64,000 bases of DNA from Macrostomum lignano (taxonomy: Eukaryota), in contig NIVC01000119.1 of the NCBI GenBank assembly GCA_002269645.1, positions 44,966 to 108,965 on the forward strand, given 5' to 3'. Below are positions 13,847-25,779 of this stretch, in pieces. Each line of letters starts with the position of its first letter. The stretch's first letter is position 1. The translations under genes were made by a program, and so were the position numbers. Under the pieces are notes generated by a model. It was not told where the DNA came from, ran no database searches, and was given only the letters and a program-made list of their open reading frames with translations.

Positions 13847-14451
13847 GGAATCTGGTCCATTTCAGCAACAAACCATTTCGGCGACACCCATTTTGGTGAC
13901 AGGTAAATTTGGCGACAACCATTTCGGCAACAGTTCTTAAATAGGATTTTGAATGTATTCTTATCTCATAGGACATAGCTACAAAACATTTCAGAACTTA
14001 CACAAATTTACAACCTTTGGTTTGATTAAGTGTTGTTAAAACGAATTATAGTGTAAAACAATTTACATTAAACTTTATAAGCTTTGTTAAAACTATGTTA
14101 AAACAATTTTTAATGTAAAACTTAAAACAAATGAATTATAATTTGAAATTAATGTTTTTAAGAAACAAGAAAATTAAAATTCCAATTCAAAATTACAATT
14201 CGTGTATGATGTTTACTCTTCCACGGGTGCATTCATGCCACTGCATGCAAGCAGCGCCTCAAGAGTTCTGGTGCTGGCTTCGTACTCTGCCCAATAGTTT
14301 CAACAAAATGCCTGCTAGGGGGGTCATGTCAGCTGGGGATAGTTTATCGTATTGTAGATACTTGTAATTTTTCTATCATATTTGTCAAGGAAATGGTCGT
14401 CGCCAAATTGACCTGTCACCAAAATAGGTGTCGCCGAAATGGACAGGTACC
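13847..14451. mobile_element. MITE inserted within the EnSpm element
   Basis: 53-bp inverted repeats with 50/53 identity (CCATTTCGGCGACACC.ATTTTGGTGACAGGT...), GG...CC ends and a 7-bp direct repeat AAGACTT on both flanks. Superfamily not determined. Confidence 0.75.
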
Positions 14452-15013
14452 AAGACTTGAAGTAGCTAAGCAACAGGCCTACTAGACTATAATAAGCAGT
14501 AAGGGTGGGCCTAATACTAATTGGTACTGGTATCCTTTTTTAATTGAACTATTACCTATGCCTATGCTATGGGTATGGCTATGTTTAGATAGCTATTATA
14601 TTAGCTATAGGCCTAGTTTATAGTAGAGCTACTATAGTTAGGCTATACAACATGTCAACAATGCTATAACAGTAAAAACTAGCTACCCTGTGGATCTATA
14701 TTTTGATATGTTCTAGCTATTTTCTTTTTTACACAATGCTGAAGTCATTAAAATTGTAAACATGCAAAGGTAATGAAAATAGATACATGATTAAAATTTT
14801 ATTGAATATATTGTGTTCATATTAATAGTCTATAGAGTATAGACTATATAATCATTATGTCCAGTATAGCTATTTAAGAAAAAGTAATTAATTAATTGAC
14901 AAAAAATAGATAGCTATATAGCTCTAGTATCATAGTAGTATTGATCTATATTTTGTTTATTTGATTTCGTTGGTATAGTAAAAAAGCTTAAATATTTATT
15001 CATCTTTTCAGTT

Positions 15014-16258
15014 ATGGAAACTTCTCGACACGTTAATTCTCGCTCAAGATCATCCAACAAGCTTGACAAGTTTGCAACTCTAAGTTTTGACCATGTCATT
15101 CTCTGGTTCCCAAAGACAAATTCCCATAGTGGACCTATTTATATAAATTCTAGCTTTCTTAGCCATTTTGACAAGGCTGAGAAAATGGAATTTAAGGAGC
15201 GTCAACAAATCAAGATTCGTGAAAAGAATGGATTCCATGATGCCATTATTGTGAAGCTTGGCACTTATGCAAAAATTAAAATTGCTGAACGAACTATTGA
15301 CCGCCTTGCTGAAGAAGGTTATAGTACTGAGACAATTTTTGAGAGACTTGATAATGAAATGTCTGTTGATTTGGATACACGAACACGAACCTTTGCTACC
15401 TATTTGGGAGATAGTGATAGCAATGAAGGTGATGATGAAGAAAATGATGAGAACTATGTGCCACCTGATGACAGGTCTACAACTTCTAAGCCTCCTTTGA
15501 CAATTACTAGCCAGACTATGTCTTTGGAAAGGCAGAAGGAAGCGGATTTGTTCAAGTCTTATGGCAATGTGATTGTGGAGCCACCACTTAAGAAAGCTAA
15601 GAGTGCAAGTTGTGACCTTATTGCTAATGCTAAGAGTGGTGCCTGTGCACCTTTGTACTCATCTACACCACCTAGAAAACCACAGGATGTTGCCCTAGCT
15701 CAATGTATGAGACCAAGTAGCTCTTTTGTGACTTTTACAGAGCCAGCCACTGCTGCAGCAAGCCCACTTGCTCAGGGTTCCAAACTTCAAGCACCTGAGC
15801 CTAAAGTGTCAGATTTGCTTTTGCTTGAGGCTCGAGTACAAACTGGATTGTTGAAAAAGATCATCCGGCTACAGGAAGAAGGAAATGAATTGCTCAGACA
15901 AGGGTTTGGTTTCAATGATGAGGTTGTGAGCAAAGAAGATCAAGTTATTGCTGGTTGTGATGGCCGACCCTTCCGCCTGTCTCAGTTACCATTGCCACCT
16001 AACCTTTTTGCTCGTGAGTTTGTACTCCGCAAATTTGGTAAACAGCTTTGTGAAACAACAATTATTGAGCCACATGGCAGAAGTGAAAGGATTGCTATGG
16101 ATGTTGATTCGGTTCAAGCTATCAGGTCTGTTCTTGACCATTGGTTTGGAACTGGCTATTCTTGGAAGTTCGTAAGGAATTCTCTAAACCAAATGTTCCA
16201 AGACATGACCAACAGAAAGAAGGAAAGTGATGACAAGAAGAAAGAAACCAAGAAGTAA
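15014..16258 (+). CDS. EnSpm accessory ORF (414 aa) with a probable C-terminal BEN DNA-binding domain
   Basis: Intact ORF inside the TIRs. The C-terminus LFAREFVLRKF...HGRSERIAMDVDSVQAIRSVLDHWFGTGYSWKFVRNSLNQMFQD fits the BEN helical pattern by eye only. Acidic low-complexity middle region. Confidence 0.7.
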   Translation: METSRHVNSRSRSSNKLDKFATLSFDHVILWFPKTNSHSGPIYINSSFLSHFDKAEKMEFKERQQIKIREKNGFHDAIIVKLGTYAKIKIAERTIDRLAEEGYSTETIFERLDNEMSVDLDTRTRTFATYLGDSDSNEGDDEENDENYVPPDDRSTTSKPPLTITSQTMSLERQKEADLFKSYGNVIVEPPLKKAKSASCDLIANAKSGACAPLYSSTPPRKPQDVALAQCMRPSSSFVTFTEPATAAASPLAQGSKLQAPEPKVSDLLLLEARVQTGLLKKIIRLQEEGNELLRQGFGFNDEVVSKEDQVIAGCDGRPFRLSQLPLPPNLFAREFVLRKFGKQLCETTIIEPHGRSERIAMDVDSVQAIRSVLDHWFGTGYSWKFVRNSLNQMFQDMTNRKKESDDKKKETKK

Positions 16259-17134
16259 TTATTTGTGACAACTGTAGTGCCACTGATGACTTACTTTTGG
16301 GCCTAGTTGACTACTATTATAATTTTTGCTAATGTTTTCATTCTTTTTTGTTTATGCTAGTGCAACAAAGGAGTTGGAGTCTGGGATTGAATCCTTTCTG
16401 CAGGAGGACCAAAATATTTTTAGAGGGGACAAAGCAGATTTCTCACCAAAGGAGCCCTGCCCTTGAACCATATCTGCAACTGTCCAGGATGATTTTCCTT
16501 TGGACTGCACCCCCCCCCGAAATGCTAGTTATGCCAAGCCCTAGTGATAGCTTTGACAGTAAAGTGTATTGATGTTTCAAAAGAACAGACTTTTACTTGG
16601 TATTGTTTATCAATAGCAGTGAGTGATGATGAAAAAAATTATTAAAACTATAATAAGCCACAAGTCATCACAGTTCAAAGAGTGATACTAGGGCAAGCTG
16701 AATAGGTCCACGATTTCCTATAGACTATTACTAGCCAAATGTGTCCTTAGATAACCATTTAATAGCATTTTTGTCCTTGTTTTGTTAGTGACATTATTTA
16801 TTCTTGTTTGGTTAATAACATTATTTATTCTTGTTTGGTTAATGACATTATTTATTACTTTTATGACATTAGCTCAATAATCAATAAACTTTGGAGGCAT
16901 TCATCATGTGCACATTTTCATTGTATGCTCAATCACATTGATTCATTTGTTTCTCTTTGTCCGTTTAAAATATTTTAAGACCTATAGGTTTTGTGATGCT
17001 AGAATAACAAAATAATTTAATATTCTATCGTGCATTTTTATGGTGCTCTAATTTTTATTCTCTCTGAAAAAAACTGTTCTACCTGTTAATAGTGAAATCT
17101 GTTTTAAACACCATTTGCAGCACTTCAACCCTCA

Positions 17135-19444
17135 ATGGCTGAGTTCTTTGAAGCGGTTGCATCCATGTGCCTTCATGATGATTTCGAGCTGGAGCACTTT
17201 GATGAGGAACCTGCTGAGGCCGCCTGCTCTAGTACGGCGTCTAAATCTGGAGAGGCTCGCCACAATGAGCAGCCAGATCCGAGCGTCCTGGTTCTGGACT
17301 CGCAATGCGATGAACTAGATGAAGCTGGGCCTTTTCCTGGTGAAGAGGGAAGCCTAGAGTCCGACGCTATTCTCTCTATCGACTGTTTGAAAGACTTAGC
17401 ACGCAAAGAGTTTTTGTGCGTGTTTATCGTGTTCCTGATAGTTAATAGGGACATTCCTCTCGCTACTATGGACATAATATTAAAATCTTTCTTCGCTGCC
17501 AACTTTGTTGTTTGTTCGCTGTCCATGAGAATGGTGAAAAGAGTCATGGATCGTCTTGTGATGGCTTGCAGCCATTTCTCCCTACTTGAAACATGTTCCA
17601 TTTCTACATGTCAGCGTCGTTCTTCTCATGCTAGTCAAAGGTGTTGCGCTGCTCCTTTAAATTATACTGCACACTTTGATGTAGGCTTCCAGCTTCAAAT
17701 TATCATCGAGTCTCTATTTCAGTACATGGTTGATTTTAGCCAAAGCCAAGCTATTAAGACAGACGTACTTAAAAATTGTCCGATAATTTATGATACTGCC
17801 CAAGTTATTACAATCTTTTTGCATCTCTCCACTGATGGCTGTAGCTTGTACTCTAATTCTCCCTCTTCTTTGTGGCCTGTTCAAGCTCAAATTTTAAATC
17901 TTCCACCATTTTTGCATTTTCAGCCAGAAAACTTCTTAATTTTTTCTCTCTTTCTTGGTGCAAAGAAGCCTAACTGGAAAACGTTTCTAGAAGACCATCT
18001 GGCTTCAGTTTTTGAAAAAACGTTCTGTTTTACTATTCGAAACAGGCCTATGCGTTTCCGTGTTGAACTCTTTTCGGCTACTTTTGATCTTCCTGCCTTG
18101 GCTAGCATACTAAACCATAAGCAATTTAATGGCGAGTTTGGTTGCCTTTACTGTGAAAATCCCGGTAGTACTGTTAAAGTCGGCCATGGATCCGCACGCA
18201 AGTATTCTGAGCCTCATTTATCTACTCCAGTTTCGAATGCTGTTTATTTATCACGAGTTCAACTAGTCTGTCTCTCTGGTGAGAAGAGCCTTTTTGGTAT
18301 TAAGGGTGATTCTGTTCTTAGGAAGTACGTGCGCATTCCGGAAAATATTTTGCTTGATTCGTTGCACTTTCTTTATGAAAATTGTTGTGGCACTCTAATG
18401 AAATATATGTTTGATGGTTCCTACCGACAACTGAGTTGCTACCTTGGGCGAAGTCTGCCTTTCTTTAATGATACTCTTAAAAGAGTCAGCGTGCCTAAGT
18501 CAGTAACAGTACCATTTTGTCTAGAGCTTCGCTCTTCGTGGAAAGCCAAGGATTACATGTTCGCTGCAATGTATCTATTGCCTATATTTGCTTTCCATTG
18601 CTTCAGTAGGAAAAATCAGGCATGCGCCATTGCTTTGCTTTCTTTTTCTCTTGTTTGTCATGTAGCAAATTCTGTAGACTGTGAGCACTACTTGGCGCTT
18701 CTCGATAAAGTAATTCAACACTTTATGTCAACTTTAGGAACTGCATTTGATGCCAATGTATACACAATTAATTTTCATCTCCTGTGTCATTTGCCCGAAC
18801 AGCTTCTCAATTTTGGTCCTCTAACAGGATACTCTATGTTCTCATTTGAGAGTCAATTTTCAACGGTAAAGAATTATATTCAAGGGACTCGATTCCATGT
18901 CAAGCAAATATGCGAAAAGCTCATTCTGCAAAAATGTTGCACTTTCTGTCTTAAGGAGGGAGCTGCTGCTCAATCTAACAGCCGCATTTTCGAGCTGCTC
19001 ACTTCTAAGTTTAGAATTTTATCGAGCAGTCCTTCCGCCTGCTGGCGATTTCTATCCGCTTACGCAATAGCGCAAAACAATCGTCTCTTTTATGCTACTT
19101 CTTATCCGAAACTGCCCCCTACTCGGTCATGTATTGTGCAGTTGAAAGACGGCAGTTTCTGCAAAGTAGTTCGTTTTCTGAATGGCACCGATATTTTAGC
19201 TGATGTAATTTTTTTAGACGTCTGCAATTTACAAGACTTTTTGAATCTGTCCAATGTACCTATTGCTGCTGATATATTATGTTTAGCAAATACTTTCTTG
19301 TTTATTTGCCGCCCGTCTTCTAACACCTGTACTATTCCAGTGGGATGTAATTTTCTGCATCAGTGTGTTTCAGTCAATAATATTTTTCCCGATAAGGACT
19401 TGTGTCTCGTTATACCGGATTCTTGCCGCCATGAATATGGCTAA
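17135..19444 (+). CDS. EnSpm/CACTA-family transposase (769 aa)
   Basis: Motifs STDGCSLY..SLWPVQAQILNLPP, GAKKPNW, FDLPALASILNHKQFNGEFGCLYC, LDSLH, WKAKD and NFHLLCHLPEQLLNFGPL...FSFES are typical of Tnp2/Transposase_21-like proteins. No stops. Confidence 0.9.
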   Translation: MAEFFEAVASMCLHDDFELEHFDEEPAEAACSSTASKSGEARHNEQPDPSVLVLDSQCDELDEAGPFPGEEGSLESDAILSIDCLKDLARKEFLCVFIVFLIVNRDIPLATMDIILKSFFAANFVVCSLSMRMVKRVMDRLVMACSHFSLLETCSISTCQRRSSHASQRCCAAPLNYTAHFDVGFQLQIIIESLFQYMVDFSQSQAIKTDVLKNCPIIYDTAQVITIFLHLSTDGCSLYSNSPSSLWPVQAQILNLPPFLHFQPENFLIFSLFLGAKKPNWKTFLEDHLASVFEKTFCFTIRNRPMRFRVELFSATFDLPALASILNHKQFNGEFGCLYCENPGSTVKVGHGSARKYSEPHLSTPVSNAVYLSRVQLVCLSGEKSLFGIKGDSVLRKYVRIPENILLDSLHFLYENCCGTLMKYMFDGSYRQLSCYLGRSLPFFNDTLKRVSVPKSVTVPFCLELRSSWKAKDYMFAAMYLLPIFAFHCFSRKNQACAIALLSFSLVCHVANSVDCEHYLALLDKVIQHFMSTLGTAFDANVYTINFHLLCHLPEQLLNFGPLTGYSMFSFESQFSTVKNYIQGTRFHVKQICEKLILQKCCTFCLKEGAAAQSNSRIFELLTSKFRILSSSPSACWRFLSAYAIAQNNRLFYATSYPKLPPTRSCIVQLKDGSFCKVVRFLNGTDILADVIFLDVCNLQDFLNLSNVPIAADILCLANTFLFICRPSSNTCTIPVGCNFLHQCVSVNNIFPDKDLCLVIPDSCRHEYG

Positions 19445-20155
19445 ATTTGGGATGACTTAAAGCTGAGTAGGAACTGTTAAAACTGAGTAAGCACTACTAA
19501 GAATTGTATCTGTCGCGGATCGTTTTCAAAATATAGATCACTTGAACCAATCGCCATACAATAATTCGCTTATTGCTTGCTAGTTGTGTATCTTGTTTGA
19601 TTTTTTGTTGACTGTTGGATGTTAGAAAAAGGTAAAAATACGAGAAAACATTTTGTGTGTACTCAAATTTCAATTTTAATGACTTTTAACGTTTCACTTT
19701 CTGTGCAGCTTTAATTTGTGTGTTATATAAATATAATAATGGAATGCAATCGTGCATATTGTACTAATTGTACATTATAAACTGCCCAATAGTAATCGAG
19801 TCTGGTCAGAAAAACATCCTCTCATGTGTTTATCGTCTTCCTTACATTAATTTTCTAATCTAAAAATTCATAACATCGGCAAAAGCCATACATGCTACTC
19901 AGAGTAAACTGTGTGTCTATCCACCGAAAGTAATTGCAATCGGATTGCGCCAGAAATTGCATAAATTACAATTTAATTGGTCTAAATTGCAAAACTTACA
20001 ATCCGCGTGTGCAAAATTGCTAAAATTGCAATTTCGATTGTAATCAGCTTATCCAAAATTGCAATTGACGTGCACGCAATTGGCAATTATTGTACAATTT
20101 CGGCAAGTAGATTGCAATTTTTGACAATTTCTTGTAATTTCGGTCAACTAGGGAA

Positions 20156-20422
20156 TGGCTGGATGACCACCGGCACCTACGACAATCATTCCACGACTCT
20201 GTAAACCACTGGCTCCATTTTGTGGACCCCCAGGACCCAAAGGTTCATACGAACACTTTCGAGGGAACGTGGGCACATTGCAAGGCAAAGTTTTGCAACA
20301 TGTGCAGGACAAGTGATGGTCTATTCGAAACTCATCTGCAGGAATTTCTGTGGCGCCATCTATATCCACGAAATGTGTTTGGCAACTTTCTCTACTGGGT
20401 ATCACATTATTTTTCCCTCTAA
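20156..20422 (+). pseudogene. Merlin transposase C-terminal remnant (89 codons including the stop)
   Basis: Reads ..VNHWLHFVDPQDPKVHTNTFEGTWAHCK..LFETHLQEFLWR..FGNFLYWVSHYFSL*, matching the IS1595/Merlin VNHxxxFVDPxxxHTxxIExxW and YLxEFxWR motifs. Confidence 0.85.
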
Positions 20423-21470
20423 TCATCTTTCTTGTGACTTTGAACTCTAATTTGAACTTTTTTGGTGGTGGGTCATCTTTTCTGAACTTCTCCAAATATG
20501 GTTTGACGTAATCTCTAAGAACTTGTCACTTTTTTAAATAAAGTAATAAAACGAAACCATAGTTATGCCCTATTATATTGCAATATGCCAATCATTATTG
20601 GCATGAAATAAAACAAAATGAATTAGGCCTATTGAATAAAGTACTATACAAATATAATTATTAACATGCACTAGGCCTAAGCTGAAATTAAATTTATTGT
20701 TAATATTTTTATCTATATTACTATATATAGGTGTAGGCCTTGGGCCTAGCCTTAGGCTTCAATTTTTTAAACAAGAGTATACAATAGGGGGGGGGCCTAT
20801 ATAATATAAAAAACTTAAAAGCTTTTTATTATTATATATTTCTATCCATTAAATGTATATATATATATTAGACCATAGCTAGTATATCATGACATTGATA
20901 GTGCAGTTGTTAAAATGATCATTAAAACATGACCATGTTATATTTCAGATTCTAATTCTAAGACCTAATTAATTTTAACACAATGTCACAATATAGATTT
21001 GGACAGATGCCATATATCTATTAGAATCAGATTATAGAAGGTAGGCCCTTTTTAAAACCTGAAGATATGCTTATTTTTGCAAGTCATAGTCTAGTCATAG
21101 GTTCTAGCTTATAGTTAAGTTATACTGTATGCCTATCCTAATTTTATATTTATTTATAGAATTTTTAATACAAAAAAGGCGATTTCATGTTAAACAAGGA
21201 CAATATGGTTTATGTTTATGCATCAGATTATTTCTTGTCAGTGTCAGTGTCAGCCCACTTAAATCAATATTTTAATGTTTTGGAAAAAGTCCCATAGCCA
21301 TAGGCCTAGGGTCCTAGGCATAATTATCACATTAGATACATTTTTAGGGGATCACTCTTGTATGAAAATGAATCAAATTTTATGCAAACAGCTTATGGTG
21401 CATGGCCATGGGTTAAAAAATCGATGTGGCGGTTGGACGGGCCAGTTAGGGTGACCAGACAGCTAGCGAC

Positions 21471-21503
21471 CAAGGACCACTAAGGATCTTCTAGTGGTCC
21501 TTG
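21471..21503. mobile_element. 33-bp micro-element made almost entirely of TIRs (P-like CANRG termini)
   Basis: CAAGGACCACTA, a 9-nt spacer, then TAGTGGTCCTTG; flanked by the perfect 8-bp direct repeat CTAGCGAC. Confidence 0.7.
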
Positions 21504-22539
21504 CTAGCGACGTGGAAGTCCTCGAAAACCCCGGAAACATTAAATATAAAATATTACGTTACCATAAAATGTAGCTTGTAAGTATTAGTAATGTTTTATA
21601 CGCGCATTGCTAAACTTGAACAACAGCTCAACTGACAAAAGGATAGACCAAATTCTTCTTTTGACGTTGTTTAAGCATACACTTACTTAAGTATAACAAA
21701 TTCAAATAGCAGCAATAAGTGAATTATTTTCTTAGAAAAGCGCTCGAAACGCCCTTATTTATTATTATGCATGCATTTGGATTAGACATGATTAAAATTT
21801 AGGAAAGATGGAAAGTTATAGGAAATTAATTGGCTGATGATGTAAATAGGGTAGAGAAAAAATATATCTACCCACCTATACTAAATATTATACTAATTTT
21901 GTATTTTTGTCTTTTTTGTGCTGTTTGTCTGTTGTCTGTCTGTTCTAGATTTTTTTAGAACTGTCTAGCTGATTTTTTAAAATTAGCTTTGTATTGTATT
22001 GTATTGTATTTCTTTGTAATGTATTAAAAAAGAATATAATCCACTTCGGTAACAGCCACTTTCGTCTTTGGTAACTGCCATTTTGGTAATCAATTTTTTT
22101 TCAAATTTTTTTTTTGCATCTTTTTTATAATAGGGCAGGGCCTAGTCCAAGAGAAATTGCTCATTAGTACATAGATTGGCAACTTTTCAATGTTGCTAAG
22201 TATGTATAAAATTTTGAACAATAAAAAAATCAATTTGGAAGTAGGCCTAGGTCAAATAATGACTCAAATTGACTCAATAATGACTCAAATTAATATTAAA
22301 TCAAAATAAAAAAGTGATTTTTATGCATGCTTTGAATGTTTAAATTTTTAATTTGAATGCCCTTATAGGGGCTTAATTCAATAATTGACTAGTATGTGAC
22401 TGTAAATATGGATATAAAGTTAGGCTCTAAGCATATTTTACACTGTTTTTATTGTGCCCAATTTCTTTAATTTCTTTTTTATAATAAACATAATTCAAAA
22501 CATTAAAAGTTGATGGTTTTCTAATATTGTAATAGGAGG

Positions 22540-23330
22540 CTAGAATCATAGAAGTGTCATATAAGCAATCATAAAAGTGTCATGTAAATAATCATAGTAT
22601 TCATAGAAGCTCCATGTAAACAATCATAGAAATGTCATGTAAAAAATCATAGAAGTGTCATATAAACAATCATAAAAGCATCATAAAAAATCATAGAAAT
22701 GTCATGTAAAGAATCATAAAAGCTTTAAATAAACAATTATAAAAGCATCATATAGGCCTAAAAATCATAGAATTGTCATGTAAAGAATCAGAAGTGTCAT
22801 GTAAACAATCAAAGAAGCGTCATGTAAACAATCATAGAAGCGTCATATAAACAATCAGAAGCATCATGTAAAAATCATAGAAGTATCATATAAAGAATCA
22901 TAGAAGTGTCATGTAAAGAATCAGAAGTGTCATGGAAACAATCAAAGAAGCGTCATGTAAACAATCATAGAAGCGTCATATAAACAATCAGAAGCATCAT
23001 ATAAAAAATCATAGAACTGTCATATAAAGAATCATAGAAGTATCATATAAAAAATCATACAAGCATCATGTAAAAATCTAAGAAGCATCAAAAAATCATA
23101 GAAGTATAATGTAAAAAATCAGAAGTGTTATGTAAAGAATCATAAAAGCATCATGTAAAGAATCATAGAAGTGTTATGTAAGCAATAATAGAAGCTTCAT
23201 GTAAACCATCATAGAAATATATATGTAAAAAATCATATAAGCGTCATTAAAAATCATAGAAGCGTAATGGAATAATAAAAAAGTGTAATTTCAAAAATAA
23301 AAAAGCATCACATAAAACTGTGCTGTGACT
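22540..23330. repeat. Degenerate minisatellite of about 21-22 bp (ATCATAGAAG.GTCATGTAAA.A)
   Basis: Visible imperfect tandem array; related units recur at about 24760-25250. Confidence 0.8.
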
Positions 23331-23983
23331 CTTAAGGAGAATTACTATGAGTTCAAGGCTCACAGAGAATAACTAAGCTGTAAAGGATTATGGGGGGATT
23401 TCTGAGATTTCAAAGCAAAAGCTGGAAGCTACATATAGTTAACTGAATTTTTTTATTACATTCTTTGTTGGCTCGCCACAGGGGTGCTGATAGAAGAAGT
23501 GTCATATAAAAAAGAGGGGAATAGCTAAGATGTCAAGACTTACAAGGGATTACTGAGGTTATTGCAAAGAGAAGCTATTGTTTAAACATGTAGTTTATTC
23601 AAAAGTAGAATAAAGCCTTGACAAAAGAAGTGTCATGTAAAAAAATATCCCATGAAACTATATATTGTGACTGGAGAATTATTATTGATGTCAAAGCTTA
23701 TGGGGGAAGATGTCAAGGCTTATGGGGGAATAACTGAGATGTTAAGGCTAAAGTTAGAAGCTACATATAGTTTCTTCAAAACTTTTAATTATATTATTTG
23801 TTGGCTCTTTGTTGGGATATCATTGATATAAAAAGCGTCATGTAAAAAAAGAAGTATCATGCTAAAGTTAAGAGATTCATTTGGGAATCCCTATGGGCCT
23901 ATGATGTCAAGACTTGCAGGGAATTGCAATAATACTGTAGTGCTATAATAACTCTTGGGGAGAATTATTGAACTGTCAATGTT

Positions 23984-24023
23984 TTAGGGTTAGGGTTAAG
24001 GTTAGAGTAGGGTTAGGGTTAGG
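23984..24023. repeat. Short degenerate (TTAGGG)n interstitial telomere-like tract
   Basis: TTAGGGTTAGGGTTAAGGTTAGAGTAGGGTTAGGGTTAGG. Confidence 0.6.
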
Positions 24024-25779
24024 TTGATAGATTTTTTAAGATTTCAAGGCTTATGGGAGGTATCACTAAGATGTCAACAGGGAAAGTTGATATGTTAAGG
24101 CTTGTGGGGGGAATTGCTGACATGTCAATGCTTACAAGGGACTACTAAGATATATTGCAAAGAGATGCTATATGTACTTTATTAAAAAACTTGTACTGCA
24201 TTTTTAGCTCCCCAAAGGGGGTGCTAATTGCTAGTCCCATATACTAAAAAACACACCTATTATATATTAACAACAATATGATTATATAGAAGTAATTTTG
24301 GCAAAAATGGCCTAACCAATTTTCATGAGACTTTGACTATTCAATCAGAAAATTTTCTAAGATAATAATGTGTTGTTGCTAGGAAATTGCTCAATGCTGA
24401 AAGGATTAAATATTTAAAACAAGCTTTATTGCAAGTATCAAGCAGATTCTTAAAGTTAAAACATATTGTTAAAATGCTAGAGAAAAAAAAACTAACATAT
24501 AGAAATTTGATTCTGATTAAGATTGTATCATAGCTAAATTGTGGCAATGTGAAATGCCAAAATATGTTCCACATAATGTGGAAACATAACATGAGACTTA
24601 ATTTAGATAATGCAACCACATTGTTAACTTTAATTGAAACTGATATTGACTGAATAAGAAATTGATTATGTCATAACTGCTTTGTGTGACTTTTACTCTA
24701 ATAGAGTATGTAATATAATGTAGTAATGAGTAAGTATACCTAGGTGTCTAGGTGTCATGTATACCTAGAAGAAGCATCATGTAAAATATCACAAAGTATC
24801 ATCATGTATAACATAAAATAATTGTCATAAAATATAAAAGAAGCATCATATACAAAATAAACAAAATTTCATATAAAACAAAAAAGCATTAGTGTTACTA
24901 GGTTTCTCTTTTGTGATATGGATAGTATAGTATCTTGACTTTCAAAATTGCATCTTCAAATTAGCCATTATGCTTGAATGCAATTTTGCATCCTAGTGCC
25001 AGTGAAAAAACCCTAGGCTATATACTAGGGATGGTATATAATATCCTGACTTTCCAAATCATATCCTGAAGTTTGACCTTTGATACATTTGCATGTTAGC
25101 ACCAGTGAAAAAACCTAGATCATAAAAGTAATAACAAAAGAATCATCATGTTAAACAGAAGAAACATATAAAACATGAAAAAGCTCATATAAAACATCAA
25201 AGAAGTTATTATATGAAAATAATAGTTATTTCAGACATGTCAAAGAAGAAATCATATAGTCTTTGTAAGAATTGCTATTGCTAAAATGTCAAGGCTTAGT
25301 TTGGAATTATTGAGATGTCAAGGCTTATGGGGAGAATTGCTGATCATGAGTAACAAGGTATATAGGGGGATTTCTTAGATGTCAAGGCTTAGGGGGATAG
25401 CTGAGATATTGAGGCTTATAGCAAATAATTGCTGAGTTATAAAGGCAAAAGTACTTTTTTGATTTTAAAACTGCAATAAACCCCTATATTTTGTATTATA
25501 GTTTTTTAAAGGCTTTTCTTTAAAAACACAACTTTGTTTTTTATCACCCCATTAAAGTCAGATGAATATTTTTTTATTTTTTTTGAAAATGTATTTCTTT
25601 CTTCTTTCTAATTAATATTTGCTTTTAATTCTAAGCAATTGGATTGCACAGTTATTCATTTGCAAAAAACCCAACATTTTATTAAAATTTGCCATTTGTA
25701 TTCATATTGACAAGTCATGGGATCCCTGGGTTTTTTAGAAAGTTTTTTTGAGAAATACAAATTGTAATATATAAAGAGC

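Larger units (their letters stand above)
12716..20153 (+). mobile_element. Apparently autonomous EnSpm/CACTA (CMC) DNA transposon, 7.4 kb
   Basis: TIRs CCCTAGACGACCG and CCCTAGTTGACCG (11/13), 2-bp TSD AA, AATTGCAAT subterminal repeats, and two intact same-strand ORFs including a transposase. Confidence 0.88.
12650..20559 (+). mobile_element. Merlin (IS1595-like) deletion derivative, about 470 bp of its own sequence, split by the EnSpm insertion
   Basis: Perfect 20-bp TIR GGCATAACTATGGTTTCGTT (12650-12669 and 20540-20559), perfect 8-bp TSD CTATTATA, and a transposase C-terminal remnant at 20156-20422. Confidence 0.85.
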
